NCBI RefSeq assembly: GCF_006345805.1
Contig: NC_043000.1
Coordinates: 141,484,001 to 141,548,000 of the forward strand
Source of the DNA: Octopus sinensis
Lineage: Eukaryota
Direction: 5' to 3'
Length of the DNA stretch: 64,000 nucleotides
Under the pieces are notes generated by a model. The model made no database searches. It had not been told where the DNA came from and saw only the letters and a list, made by a program, of their open reading frames with translations. A program made the position numbers and the translations under genes. Shown piece after piece: positions 25,571 through 38,079 of the stretch (its first letter is position 1; every line of letters starts with the position of its first letter).

Positions 25571-25797
25571 TATTTCTTTACTGCCCACAAGGGGCTAAAC
25601 ACAGAAGGGACAAACACGACAGACATAGGTATTAAGTTGATTACATCGACCCCAATGCGTAACCGGTACTTAATTTATCGACCCCGAAAGGATGAAAGGC
25701 AAAGTGGACCTCGGCGGAATTTGAACCCAAACCTAACGGCAGACGAAATACGGCTACGCATTTCGCCCCGCGTGCTAACGGTTCTGCCAGGTCGCCG
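25571..25797 (-). mobile_element. family A SINE (duplicated copy)
   Basis: Near-identical to 24282-24510. Confidence 0.85.
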
Positions 25798-26859
25798 CAC
25801 ACGCGCACACATACACACACACTCACGCACAACACGCACACATACACACACGTACACAAGCGCACACATAAGCACGCGCACACACAGTTTTTGCGCGTAT
25901 TATATTTTCGTAGAGTGTTTGTTCAGAAATAGTAAGACGGGGAGGAGTCAGAAACAAAATGGTGCGAGAGGATGTTGATGAAGGGAGACAAGATGACAAA
26001 GAATACCAACATGACAACACCCTGGCCATACAACAAAATATCATTTGAAATGGACAGTGCACGTATCAGTTCAGATTTCCAATAAAGTAAAACGTAATTT
26101 TCAGTTTTCGACAGTTATGTGTATCTAATATTTTATACGTCTAAAATTAGATTTATTTTAGTCCATATCCAAATGTAATTAAGAAAAGAATTAAAGGAAA
26201 ATAAAATCATATTATATGGGTCTAGGTTAAACAAGGCCTGTAACCTTGTAGCAACCCATATTTGTAAGTATGTTTCTCTGCGTTTGTATGCGTGTGTATG
26301 TGTGTATTTATATATATATTGTATTTTTTTATTGTATTATATTTGTGTAACGTCCGCTTTTTCCGTCCTTGCTTTTGTATACATTCGCTGCTTTCTTCAA
26401 AGGAATCTAATGCTCTTAGCTTAGTTTTTCCTTGGGGTTGGCCATATTGGAACAACCTCAAGAATAATCAGCCGAAATTGCGAGGATAATCTGGTGCTTG
26501 ACTGAGGAAAGAAAACTTCGAATGACTCGTTCTTGTTTTCTTTATATCGTCTATCTGGATGTTTTGTTGTCCCTTTTTGTATCACCTAGCAGTCCTAATG
26601 TTTTGTGTTCTTGTCCGATTTTATATTATATATATATATATATATATTGTTGTATTTAGGGATGGTCATGTTGCCAGTTTAGCCAATGAAAACACACGCA
26701 CTATATATTTAGTGTTCACTTGTTTCAGCTTTATTTCATTTTAATTGTTTTTCGGACAGAGTTCTTTCGTCACACTTCCGTGACCTCATCAGTTGTCCTT
26801 TGCTTTCTTCTTTCTTTTTTGTGTTTCTCCTTCCTAATGATCTTCCTTATTTGAATTAG

Positions 26860-27020
26860 ATTCACTGCACTGGGAGCTTGTTCTCGCATCTAGCATTGGT
26901 ATTTCTCCGCTCCTTAAAGTTATAGCTGACATGTCCTATCCATCTCTGAGGGCTCCAAAAATTTCTTCTTTCCAGTACTTTCACACTTTCCTGGAGCCTC
27001 CACTTACTGCTACCCTATAT
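26860..27020 (-). mobile_element. degraded RTE-clade LINE 3' fragment
   Basis: Minus strand translates QRWIGHV, resembling the RWxGHV motif near the RTE C-terminus. Confidence 0.4.
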
Positions 27021-27071
27021 TGTTTTCTCTTGTTACCCATCCTATGTGTATGTATATGTATGTATGTATTT

Positions 27072-27255
27072 ATAGTTGGAGTTTACAAAAGAACAAAAAC
27101 AAAACGAGGACAGGTGTGTAAACAACAAACTCGTGTATTCGTCTAACGCTCAGGAAGACGCGAAAGTCTTTTACGTTTCGAGCCTACGCTCTTTAACGGA
27201 AAGGAATACGAGAAAAAAACCAGAGAGAATAAAAAAAAAAGCTTTAGTAGCTAGC

Positions 27256-27256
<1 letters not shown>
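27072..27256 (-). mobile_element. Penelope-type module with mutated hammerhead-like core
   Basis: Minus strand CCTTT CCGTTAA A GAGC GTAG GCTC GAAA CGT A AAAGA (27167-27204). Confidence 0.65.
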
Positions 27257-27310
<54 letters not shown>

Positions 27311-27937
27311 TGTGTAATTATTTGTGAGATATTATTAATCCCTGCAGAATAATTCATAAGCTCTTTGTTGGTACACTAGGCCACAGTATTTTTGGGATTA
27401 ATAAAGATCTTCATGTATTCTTGTAGCAGAGTCTGAGGTTATAGTTCATCACCATCTGATATTCGATATTGTAAACCTGTGTTTGCGCACCAGTTATGCT
27501 GTTTTTTAGGCAGAGCGATATGCAAGACAAAGTACCATTGTCTATACTTTGTTTTGTATATATATACATATATATAAAAGCACACAGTGTTCAAAAAGTC
27601 TCTCTGCAGTAAAAACCCATTAATGAGCTAAAAGATGCAATCATAACCTTCACTTGGTTCATACCGCGTCAAACTCTCCAAGTTATATTTCAAAACATGT
27701 GTAGAAGAGAGTCAACTTAAGTTTTGAAAATGAAGGACGACACTTTCAATGCCTCTTTTAAAGTTTTTTTTTTTTAATTTTGTAAAGTCTGATATATTCT
27801 TTTGTAGTCTTATACCATTTTATAAATATTTATTTTACAATAAAATACTGTTGAGAGGATGTTTGAACACCCTGTATAATAAGATGTTGAAATATTAAAA
27901 TTAACAATAATAAAGTGGCTAGTAAGCTTGACCAATA

Positions 27938-28098
27938 TAGGTAAAAACTTAGGGTATACGTAAAAACTTAGGGTATAAAAACATGCACCAGCTATACTAG
28001 AAAGAAGAGTCAACTCTCTGCTTTGGAGAGTTGACTCTTCCTACTAGTATAGCTGGTATATATTTCTTATGCCCTAAATTTTTATGTATATTTACCTA
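27938..28098. mobile_element. palindromic MITE-like element
   Basis: Outer TAGGTAAA / TTTACCTA; inner 32-bp arms (27987-28018, 28026-28057) with 2 mismatches and a 7-nt loop. Confidence 0.6.
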
Positions 28099-28134
28099 TT
28101 AGGGTTAATTTTGCTGACCACTTTATTATTATTA

Positions 28135-28177
<43 letters not shown>

Positions 28178-28271
28178 TACTATTATTATTATTATTATTA
28201 TTGTTGTTATTGTTATTGTTATTATTATTATTATTACTATTATTATTATTATTATTATCATTATTGTTATG

Positions 28272-28318
<47 letters not shown>

Positions 28319-28660
28319 CATTATTATTATTATTATTAATTATATCTTATTTTCTAAAATTTTATTCACTCGGTTTTGTTTGTCGCGGGGGCATTCAAAC
28401 AAACACACGTACACGGTATCGTATATATATTTTGAAAAAATAGTTATATGCAGTAACGTCAGTTTATTATCATAAGTGTTTGCCACTAGAGGTGAAATCA
28501 ATTGATATTGGGATGACTGTACTTTTCCTTGAACTCTTGCAAAGTCTTATATTCGCTTTATTAACCGTGCTGGTTATAGTGAGAACTATGCCGCTTTGCA
28601 GAGTTAAGACTTCTTTCTAGCCTAGCTGGTTTATATATATGTACCATGGATATCTATATC

Positions 28661-28792
<132 letters not shown>

Positions 28793-28812
28793 ATATATTA
28801 TATATATATATA

Positions 28813-28895
28813 TTTCCTGAGCGCCATGCTAATACAATTGTTCGTTTGTTTTCCACCTGCCTTCGTCTTTTGTTTATTTTCATAAAGCTTCCGTT
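28813..28895 (+). mobile_element. 5'-truncated Penelope-type module (3' part only) in (TA)n
   Basis: CCTGAGCGCCATGCTAATACAATTGTT...CCACCTGCCTTCGTCTTTTGTTTATTTTC matches the reverse complement of 44866-44980. Confidence 0.7.
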
Positions 28896-28921
28896 ATATA
28901 TATATATATATATAATATATT

Positions 28922-28954
<33 letters not shown>

Positions 28955-29033
28955 TATATGTATTCTGTATATAGATATGCTTGTGCATACATGCATGTAT
29001 ATGTTTGTATATTTTTGTACGTGTGAATGAGTA

Positions 29034-29073
<40 letters not shown>

Positions 29074-29257
29074 GAGGGAGTGAGAAGAATTTGATTGCCA
29101 AATTATGAACCCGCCCATTATTCAATAATGTACTTTACCTATTTTTCGATCGACTTTAGTATTTACTGTTTTTACTACCTCTTCATAGGTCGAAAGGTGA
29201 AACCGTATTTATACGAATTATTTTAGATTATGTATATACATACATACATACATACAT

Positions 29258-29309
<52 letters not shown>

Positions 29310-29516
29310 CAGTATAAAGCGAAAAGGAAGCAATAAAACATCAGTTTCAAATATGAATCATTTATATCTAAGAAATTTACCCAATTTGCTAAATACAGTA
29401 CGTCTTTTATTGATTTTATATGGGTAATGAAATAAAATAAATACATATATATTGAGAAAATATATAAGGTATACAAAATGGTCAAATGAAAGAATACATA
29501 TGTATATATACATAAG

Positions 29517-29571
<55 letters not shown>

Positions 29572-29815
29572 GTAGTGGTACAAGAAAGCATCAATATTTA
29601 CTGGAAGTAGCAGTCAATACATTTACGACACTATAGAAAAGCTTCAATGTGTATATACTAACAAAGACGTATTAGGGCAGCAAACATGAAAAATTTTGTC
29701 TTGCCTCTAGGAAGGACATTAGATAAATGGACACCCCAGAATCTGATAATCCAGTGCCTAGGTTTCGGACTCCATGTCAACGTAAATTTGATTAGTCTTC
29801 ATCAGCTGGATTTAC

Positions 29816-29861
29816 CTGGACAATATTTCAAATGTTGCTACATCCCTGTCAGTATACACGC
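29816..29861 (-). CDS. candidate 46-nt internal exon (VYTDRDVATFEILS), unknown gene
   Basis: Flanked by CAG acceptor with upstream pyrimidine tract and a CAG|GTAAAT donor; phase-compatible with 32638-32782. No protein family recognised. Confidence 0.2.
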
Positions 29862-30018
29862 CTGAACGCTTAGCCGTTAACAGACCGTGAACAGTGAAAA
29901 AGTTTTCAAGGAAAAATAAAATAAAATATTGCAATACAAATGTATTACTTTCCCGTAAATTAAAGTACCGTAAAGGTAGAATATATATATCAATACGTAC
30001 ACGTACATTCACAAATAG

Positions 30019-30096
<78 letters not shown>

Positions 30097-30248
30097 GCAT
30101 GTATATATGTATATTTTATATTTGTGTGTATATGTGTATATATATATATACTGTGAGTGTTGTGTGCGATGTATATACATACTTGTATTCCAATGTATGC
30201 ATATATATACATATATATATTATATATATATACATATATATAATATGC

Positions 30249-30295
<47 letters not shown>

Positions 30296-30315
30296 AACAT
30301 GTTATATATATATAT

Positions 30316-30600
30316 GCCTTGTGAATGGATTTGTTAGACGGAAACTGAAAGAATCCCGTCGTATACATCAATATATATATACGACGGTATGTGCTTATGT
30401 TTGTGTGTCTCTGATTGTCCCACCAACATCACTTGACAACCGATGCTGGTGTGTTTAAGTCGCCGTAAGTTAGCGGTTCGGCAAAAGAGACCGATAGAAT
30501 AAGTAATAGGCTTACAAAATATAAGTCCTGAGGTCGATTTGATCGACTAAAGGCGGTGCTCCAGCATGACCACAGTCAAATGACTGAAAGAAGTAAAAGG
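30316..30600 (+). mobile_element. family B SINE, 5'-truncated
   Basis: GGATTTGTTAGACGGAAACTGAAAGA...CACAGTCAAATGACTGAAAGAAGTAAAAGG. Confidence 0.85.
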
Positions 30601-30608
30601 TAGAAAGT

Positions 30609-30640
<32 letters not shown>

Positions 30641-30677
30641 ACATACATACATACATATACATACATACATACATACA

Positions 30678-30724
<47 letters not shown>

Positions 30725-30736
30725 TATAATATATAT

Positions 30737-30775
<39 letters not shown>

Positions 30776-30778
<3 letters not shown>

Positions 30779-30951
30779 AGATTTCACGAAAAACAAAAAG
30801 ACGAATACAGTGGTGTAGAAAACAAACAGCTGCATTAGTATAACGCTCAGGAATTGAAAAATATTTTTACGTTTCGAGCCTACGCTCTTCAACAGAAATG
30901 GACACAGAAAAAAAAGGAGAGACACAAGAAATTCCTCTTCGTTCGCTAGCC
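30776..30951 (-). mobile_element. Penelope-type module with hammerhead-like motif, next to (TA)n
   Basis: Minus strand CATTT CTGTTGA A GAGC GTAG GCTC GAAA CGT A AAAAT (30863-30900). Confidence 0.7.
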
Positions 30952-31108
30952 TATAACTGATGAGTAGTTGGTGATCTTCTGTGTCAGTTTTCAGTTTGTT
31001 TGTGCATTTCTTCTTCTTCTTCTTCTTCTTTTCTTCTTCTTCTTCTTCTTCTTCTTCTTCTTCTTCTTCTTCTTCTTCTTCTTCTTCTCCTTGTTGTTGT
31101 TATTCTTC

Positions 31109-31178
<70 letters not shown>

Positions 31179-32335
31179 ATGTGTGTGTTTATATGTATGT
31201 ATGAATGAATGCATGTATGATGTATACAAATATTATACGCACACATACACTCTCATATATTGAATAGATAGGGATAATGTGTCTAGGTTGGTACCGTTTG
31301 AGCAATCGGTTATATTACAAGTTAAGGCTAACCCAATGTATTTCATCATATTCGTAAATGCTGGGTTCGCTTGCAGAATTATATGTTGTTTACCCAGTGT
31401 ATATCCCAGACAGTTACATATTTTCTATTTCTGCAATCTGCTATACAGCACATTTTATTTGAATGGCTTGGACACAGCTTTCCGCTCTCTAGATACCTCT
31501 CAATTGCATTCGCACCCAATTACATACATCTGGTTAGTAATCTATGAATCTTTATCCACTTTCTAACCACTGTCGTGATATGGAGAGAGCTAAAGTCATG
31601 TTCTTTTAACTATCATTATATTTGGTAAGGTACTATAGTTTTTGACTGCAAAGGATGTGAGAGGAACAGTTGGAGCGCTGACCCTGTGATAATCCTAGCT
31701 AATAAATTCAAATCATGAATACTAGATACTAAATCAGGTCAGAGTATATTTTTTACAACTATAATTAAGAGGGTTAACAATTAGTAAATTTCCGAGATAT
31801 TTCGTACAATAAGATATAATTTTAAAATATGAGGTATGTAGAACTTCTTAGGTCAATCCGAATCTTTCTCTATATAAACGAAATTTTAATTTACATGTAG
31901 GTGTATTCGTCCTATCAGTGTAATACGTATTTCTATATATGCAGTTTTTACGTATGGGGAATAATAATTACAACTTGACACAGGTAAACTAGATACTGCA
32001 CTGACATTTACTACGTAAATTCAGGCATCTACTCTTAACCTGAAACTTAATTAAAAATCCTTTCTTTGGAAGAATTTGAATGCTCTTCTGTAAAGGTGTG
32101 GATGACCTACAGGTTGTTTTTACTTATTATTGAGCAACTGATATTTATACGTGCAAATATAGAATATTTCTATGCATAAATTGGATCTTTTTTACCCCGA
32201 GTACATAAGGCTCTGCCTCACCTAATATTTCTTATCCCGTATTAAAGTTAGTGTTTCTATCTTTTAGGGATAGAAACATGTAGATGCATTAATCTAATCT
32301 CCATTTTCATTGCAATGTCTTGTATATATATATAT

Positions 32336-32381
<46 letters not shown>

Positions 32382-32637
32382 CATACATATATACATACAA
32401 ACCAACAAATATATACAGTATATATATACATATATGTATATGTATATATTATACACTCACACACACAAACACACACTCAACATACATAGGAAATAAAGAT
32501 ATTCAAACCGTACACATCCCATTGGAAGATAGCGAAGTGTTTTATTATATTAAAATAATACTGGACATTATTCCGGCACCTTGAGTTCGAAACTAACCGA
32601 AGTAAACTTCGCCATTTATACATGTTTTTAAAAGTAC

Positions 32638-32782
32638 CAGTCGAGGAAGGTTGATTCCTCGAATTGTTAGTTGGGTCGCATGTGATATCTTCATTCTGAT
32701 CTCCTTCCCTGCATTCTGCTGTGACATTGGTGTCATGCTGTACTGACAATTGCATGCTTTGCTTTTGGGCAATGTCGAAAAT
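32638..32782 (-). CDS. candidate 145-nt internal exon (IFDIAQKQSMQLSVQHDTNVTAECREGDQNEDITCDPTNNSRNQPSST), unknown gene
   Basis: Good acceptor ATTCTCTCTTCAG, open frame with non-repetitive and more GC-rich content, donor G|GTACTT (weak). Confidence 0.35.
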
Positions 32783-33438
32783 CTGAAGAGAGAATATTAA
32801 CGTTGTGTTGGAATGCGGACAAATTACACCTATCAGTATTCCCCACAAGGCCTTTAATGTCTCTTCAGATATTTATAAAAATTAAAAAACATATTTCCTA
32901 TATTATATATGCATATGCGCATGTGTTTGTGTATGCGTATATATATATATATATATATATATAGATTATAATATATATATATTATATATATATATATAAT
33001 ATATATATGTGTGTGTGTGTGTGGTGTACAAACACACAGGTACTAACACACATATATTATATCTATCGCGATAGGAGCACTTCTAATACTGAAAGGTAAT
33101 ATTTATCCACACTTAAATATAGATGTTCTGTTAGAATAAAGTATACTGCAGTAGTTACCGTAAGAAGAAACTCACTTTGGTGCAAGACGTACTCTTGGTT
33201 ATATCGCTAGCGAGTAGTTAATTCCCCGCGACCTCCAGCGCTGACACAAGCAGATCAAGTGGTTTCTTTGCTTTTCTCAATGACGGACGATCGCATATAT
33301 ATGTGGATCTCTCACCTATATATGTCTGCGTGTGTGCGTGCGCATGCGTGTATGCGTCAGTGTGTGTATTTGTATGTGTGTATGTGTGTGGTGTGTAGTA
33401 AATGTAATGAAAAGTCAACTAGAAAAACTCAACAATAT

Positions 33439-33835
33439 GTTTGTCCTCTCTGTGTTTAGCCCCTTGTGGGTAGTAAAGAAATAGGTATTTCGTCTGCCGC
33501 TACGTTCTTAGTTCAAATTCCGCCTTGGTCGATTTTACTTTTCATCCTTTCGGGGTCGATTAAATAAGTACCAGTTACGCACTGGGGACGATATAATCGA
33601 CTTAATCCGTTTGTCTGTCCTTGTTTGTCCCCTATGTGTGTAGCTCCTTGTGGACAGTAAAGAAATAGGTATTTCTGAGTTCAAAATCCGCCATGGTCGA
33701 CTTTGTCTTTCATCCTTTCGGGATCGATAAATTAAGGACCAGTTACGCACTGGGGTCGATATAATCGACTTAATCCCTTTGTCTGTCCTTGTTTGTCCCC
33801 TCTATGTTTAGCCCCTTGTGGGCAATAAAGAAATA
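33439..33835 (+). mobile_element. head-to-tail array of 5'-truncated family A SINE units
   Basis: Junction AAAGAAATA|GGTATTTC at 33483/33484 and 33667/33668; units of about 170-184 bp. Confidence 0.8.
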
Positions 33836-34015
33836 TGAAATGTTGGAACACCGGGCGAAATGCTTACCGGTATTTCGTCTGTCTTTACGTTCTGAGTTGA
33901 AATTCCGCATAAATCGACTTTGCCTTTTATTCTTTCGGGGTAATGGGGTCGATCTAAGCGACTGGCTCCTTGCCCCACAAAGTTTCGAGCTTTGTGCCTA
34001 GAGTAGAAAAGAATA
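33836..34015 (+). mobile_element. family A-related SINE with alternative tail
   Basis: CCGGGCGAAATGCTTACCGGTATTTCGTC...GTGCCTAGAGTAGAAAAGA. Confidence 0.7.
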
Positions 34016-34652
34016 TAGTAAATAATGTGTGCAGATGTATTTCTGTAGAGGCGTATAAAATATTATGGGGGGTGCGATATGGAGTTGTTAGGTGTTCGTG
34101 TGTGCAATCATTAGTTTGAGGAAAGCGTCGAAGTGGAAATGTAGAAGTAGGTGGGAATCTGGTGTGACAGAATTTTGATCAGGTTAATGGACGTAATGGA
34201 ATATATGTAAGTGAAACGAGGAGAACATCAGGAAGGATAGGGAGAGTAAAAAAAAGGTAAGAATAAGAGAAAATTGGAGAAAGACTAATTACAATAGAAC
34301 AATGGTACAAATAAGCGTTTGTTTCTTAGAAAGAAGAGTTAGTGAGGTGTGTATGCGGGGAACGAGAGAAATGTAAAAGATCTGTTTGCATGTGTTTGAG
34401 TGCAAAGCCTAATAAAAAGGAGATTTTTTTAAATAATGAACTAAAGAAACCAATAGAAGTTAAGTATACAACACGGAATACGAGTGATTACACACACACA
34501 CGCACACACACATGTGCGCACACTCACACACATACAAAAACGCATACATATGTCAGAATTACATAAGGAATGCACTACAAACCAGGAAGCCTGTATATTA
34601 GTCCATAACCTACATTTACATTGATATAATTCAATATACGTACATATATATT

Positions 34653-34696
<44 letters not shown>

Positions 34697-34697
34697 T

Positions 34698-34734
<37 letters not shown>

Positions 34735-34775
34735 GATAGATAGATAGATAGTAGATATATATTTAGATAGATAGT

Positions 34776-34824
<49 letters not shown>

Positions 34825-34843
34825 GATAGATAGATAGATAGAT

Positions 34844-34933
<90 letters not shown>

Positions 34934-35446
34934 AATATGTTAAAGTGCGACAAAATAACTAGTAGCAGTTATAGAGGCGAAAACAGAACAATCAACTGTC
35001 AGAAATTAAAAAAGTAAAAAGCAAAGAAAATATCCAAATGTACATTTGTTTCTTTATTTCGAGGTTGTCAACGTTGATAACCTCCCAAAAGAAAAAAAAA
35101 CCCCAGAAATGTACGTTTATACATATCTTTCCATCTTTTAGAAGAACGATACAATTTAGTCAACTTTCAATTCGCTCTTCAGTTTGTGGTGGTTTTCCTT
35201 CTTCTTTGCACCCAAAAATGAGTTAGTGGCTGTGCGTGTGTTATATTTCGCAATATATGTGTATATGAGTATACACAAACACACACACACACATATATAT
35301 ATGAAAACACACACACAAATATATATCCCATGCTATATCCGATTAATCGAGTTAATGCATACCACTTACTGGAATAGTGTAAAATAGAAAGGAAGCCAAT
35401 CTATCTATCTATCTATCTATTTTTTATCTATCCTATCTATCTATCT

Positions 35447-35487
<41 letters not shown>

Positions 35488-36443
35488 TATCTATATATCT
35501 ATCTATCTATCTATCTATCTATCTCTCTCTATATATATATATGTATATATTGTATATATATATATATATATATATTTAATATATATATAATATATATATG
35601 TATATATATTGTATTATATATATTATATATATATTATATATATATATTATGTATGTATTATATATAATATATATAATTATATATATATATGTGTGTAGAT
35701 ACATATTCATATATATGTATGTATGTGTGCGTAGAAAGAGAGCACCCACGCACACTGTTAATGCATGCATTTACAACCTAGTGCTCAAGGTACTTGAAGG
35801 GAACACATTTTTCCAAAAATATCTGGTAACACTCGGTTCTTCAGAGAACAGTAAACAATAGAGAAACGTGAAATATCTATCTAAAAATAACAAAATATAA
35901 ACGGGAAAGTAATTGTTATTACTGAAAAGGTAAAAAAAGAAAGAAACAAAACTGCTGCACCAAAAGATGGGAAAATGCTGATACTTAGGGAAATATGCTT
36001 CACCTGAATCTTTTGTGCAATTTTTTATGAGATGTTTTGATCTGAACCCACGTTTTCATTTTACTGATGAAAGAGTTGGTAATCCCTTAAATTTTATGTG
36101 AGCTCGTTTTTATTTTTGTATTCTGACCAAAATTGATCAGAATACAAAAATAAATAAATAAATTGACTCATATACATGTATACACAGACACACAGACACA
36201 CAAACACACACACAAACAAACACACACACGCACACACACTTGTATATGAGGGAGTAAATGATATATATTCATATGTAGATATTAAAATACATATAAGCAC
36301 GAATATATTCTTATTTGTATATATATATATGTATACTATATGAAAATTACATCTAATATAGGATAACATTTTTCGAAAAAATTCTATCAATGGCCAACAT
36401 ATTAAAAAATACCTTTAAAGGTTAAATTTATAACCAACTTATA

Positions 36444-36874
36444 AGCAAGGGCAAAAGAAAACAAATTATAATCTCAAATATGCCGAAAATAGACAAATCA
36501 TCAATAACCATATAATTTATCACTATAAGCACCCGTCTCGAAGTAAGCCGACAGAAAACTCTCATATAGGTGTGCTGGAGAATTTCTATTTTGGATATAT
36601 GTGGGATACTTAAGTGTGCTCATGACTTAGTGTTTGCTTCTTCCATGGGTATAAGTAAGCATTTTATTTATTTCTTACCGTATTTATCGCTGACGAGAAA
36701 ATTCTTATGAAATAACCCTGAAATTGGGACCGATTCTATAATAACGGAATTTTTTAGAAATTTCTGTCGGCTTACTTCGAGACGCGTGCTTATAGTGATA
36801 AATTATATGGTTATTGATGATTTGTCTATTTTCGGCATATTTGGCATTAGAAATTTTTTTCTTTTGCCCTTGTT
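36444..36874. mobile_element. non-autonomous DNA transposon (MITE) with about 115-bp TIRs, probable TA TSD
   Basis: 36439-36557 is the reverse complement of 36761-36879 with few mismatches; TA on both flanks, as for the Tc1/mariner superfamily. Confidence 0.75.
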
Positions 36875-37253
36875 TATAATGTACGTATACTATATGTATA
36901 TACATGTGTATACATCTATATCTATATCTATCTATCTATTTATCTATCTATCTGTTTTTCCTCTGTGCCTCTGTCTGTCTGTATGACTGTCTGTCCGTCT
37001 GTCTGCCTGTCTGTCTCCCTATGTATATATCTTTAATCTTCCACACATTTCAATCATTCCACTTCAGCATTTCTAGGGAGTTGTCTTTTCGAAGGAATCT
37101 ACTCCAACCTATATAAGCTTTTGAATCGTGGTGCTAGACTCGAACAGTATGGATGGGAAGCAATCTTCGTATCACCAACCACGCCTATATCGATGCAACA
37201 ACACACACACTCACATATGTATATATATATATATATATATAATATATATAATA

Positions 37254-37290
<37 letters not shown>

Positions 37291-38079
37291 GTGTGTGTGT
37301 GTGTGTGTGTAATTGAGATTCGGTCGAATTTGGTACTTAAGTTGAAGCACAAAACTAGTACGGTTTGATCGGCACAACTCAAAATAAAGTTAATAAAATT
37401 GAAATAAGCAATGGGATATCCAGTACGACCGTTTCAAGCGGCTCCATTCAATTGAACAATGCAATTATTACATTAATTTAAATGCAGGGCTGTCCTCAGC
37501 TGCATAAATGAATAAGTAAATAAATAAATAAATAATTAGAACTTTTGAATCAATCGGAGATATTACTATAATCTTAATTAAACGAAGACTGAAAGCCAGT
37601 CCTGATTTGATTAGACTTGAAGCCCCAAAATACTGGCAAGGCACAATATGTGTACAAATGGTCCTAATACTATGAAAAGTGATTCTTAAGTATGTTTAGG
37701 TATGGATTAATTAATTATGAGATAATCAGCTTGCGTAAATAACTAATTTAATTAGACTTTAAGCTCCAGTAATGAATCAAATTGAATATTACTCCTTAGT
37801 CACAAGTGATACTTAAATGAAAACCGGGTATGGAAAAACAAATTAAGAAGTTTTAATTAGACACTTAATTAAGAATTAATTAGACTTTCTACTCCAGCGT
37901 AAATTACTTCGCAGAATTGTTCACAAAACCCAACTGAATCTATTTATGTCACTTAACCATTTTAGGTATGGATTTCTAATTTAAGAAGTATTTTCTACTA
38001 ATAATTATACACTAATTAAAGAGAAATATAAAGAAACACTGCTTTCAAGCTACGTGATGAATGCAACATACAATCGTGC

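Larger units (their letters stand above)
23655..26582. repeat. tandem duplication, period about 1288 bp (A-B-A-B-A)
   Basis: ACAAGGCCTGTAACCTTGTAGCAACCC at 23655, 24944 and 26231; the B segments (24010-24943, 25299-26230) are near-identical. Confidence 0.97.

Noticed and set aside
23655-26582. LTR retrotransposon or CRISPR-like interpretation of the A-B-A structure
   Set aside because: No TG...CA termini, PBS, PPT or gag/pol; B segments are identical rather than unique spacers, and the diagnostic-site switch is explained by unequal crossover.
27938-28105. TTAGGG motifs as interstitial telomere
   Set aside because: Only isolated hexamers within a palindrome, not a tandem telomeric array.
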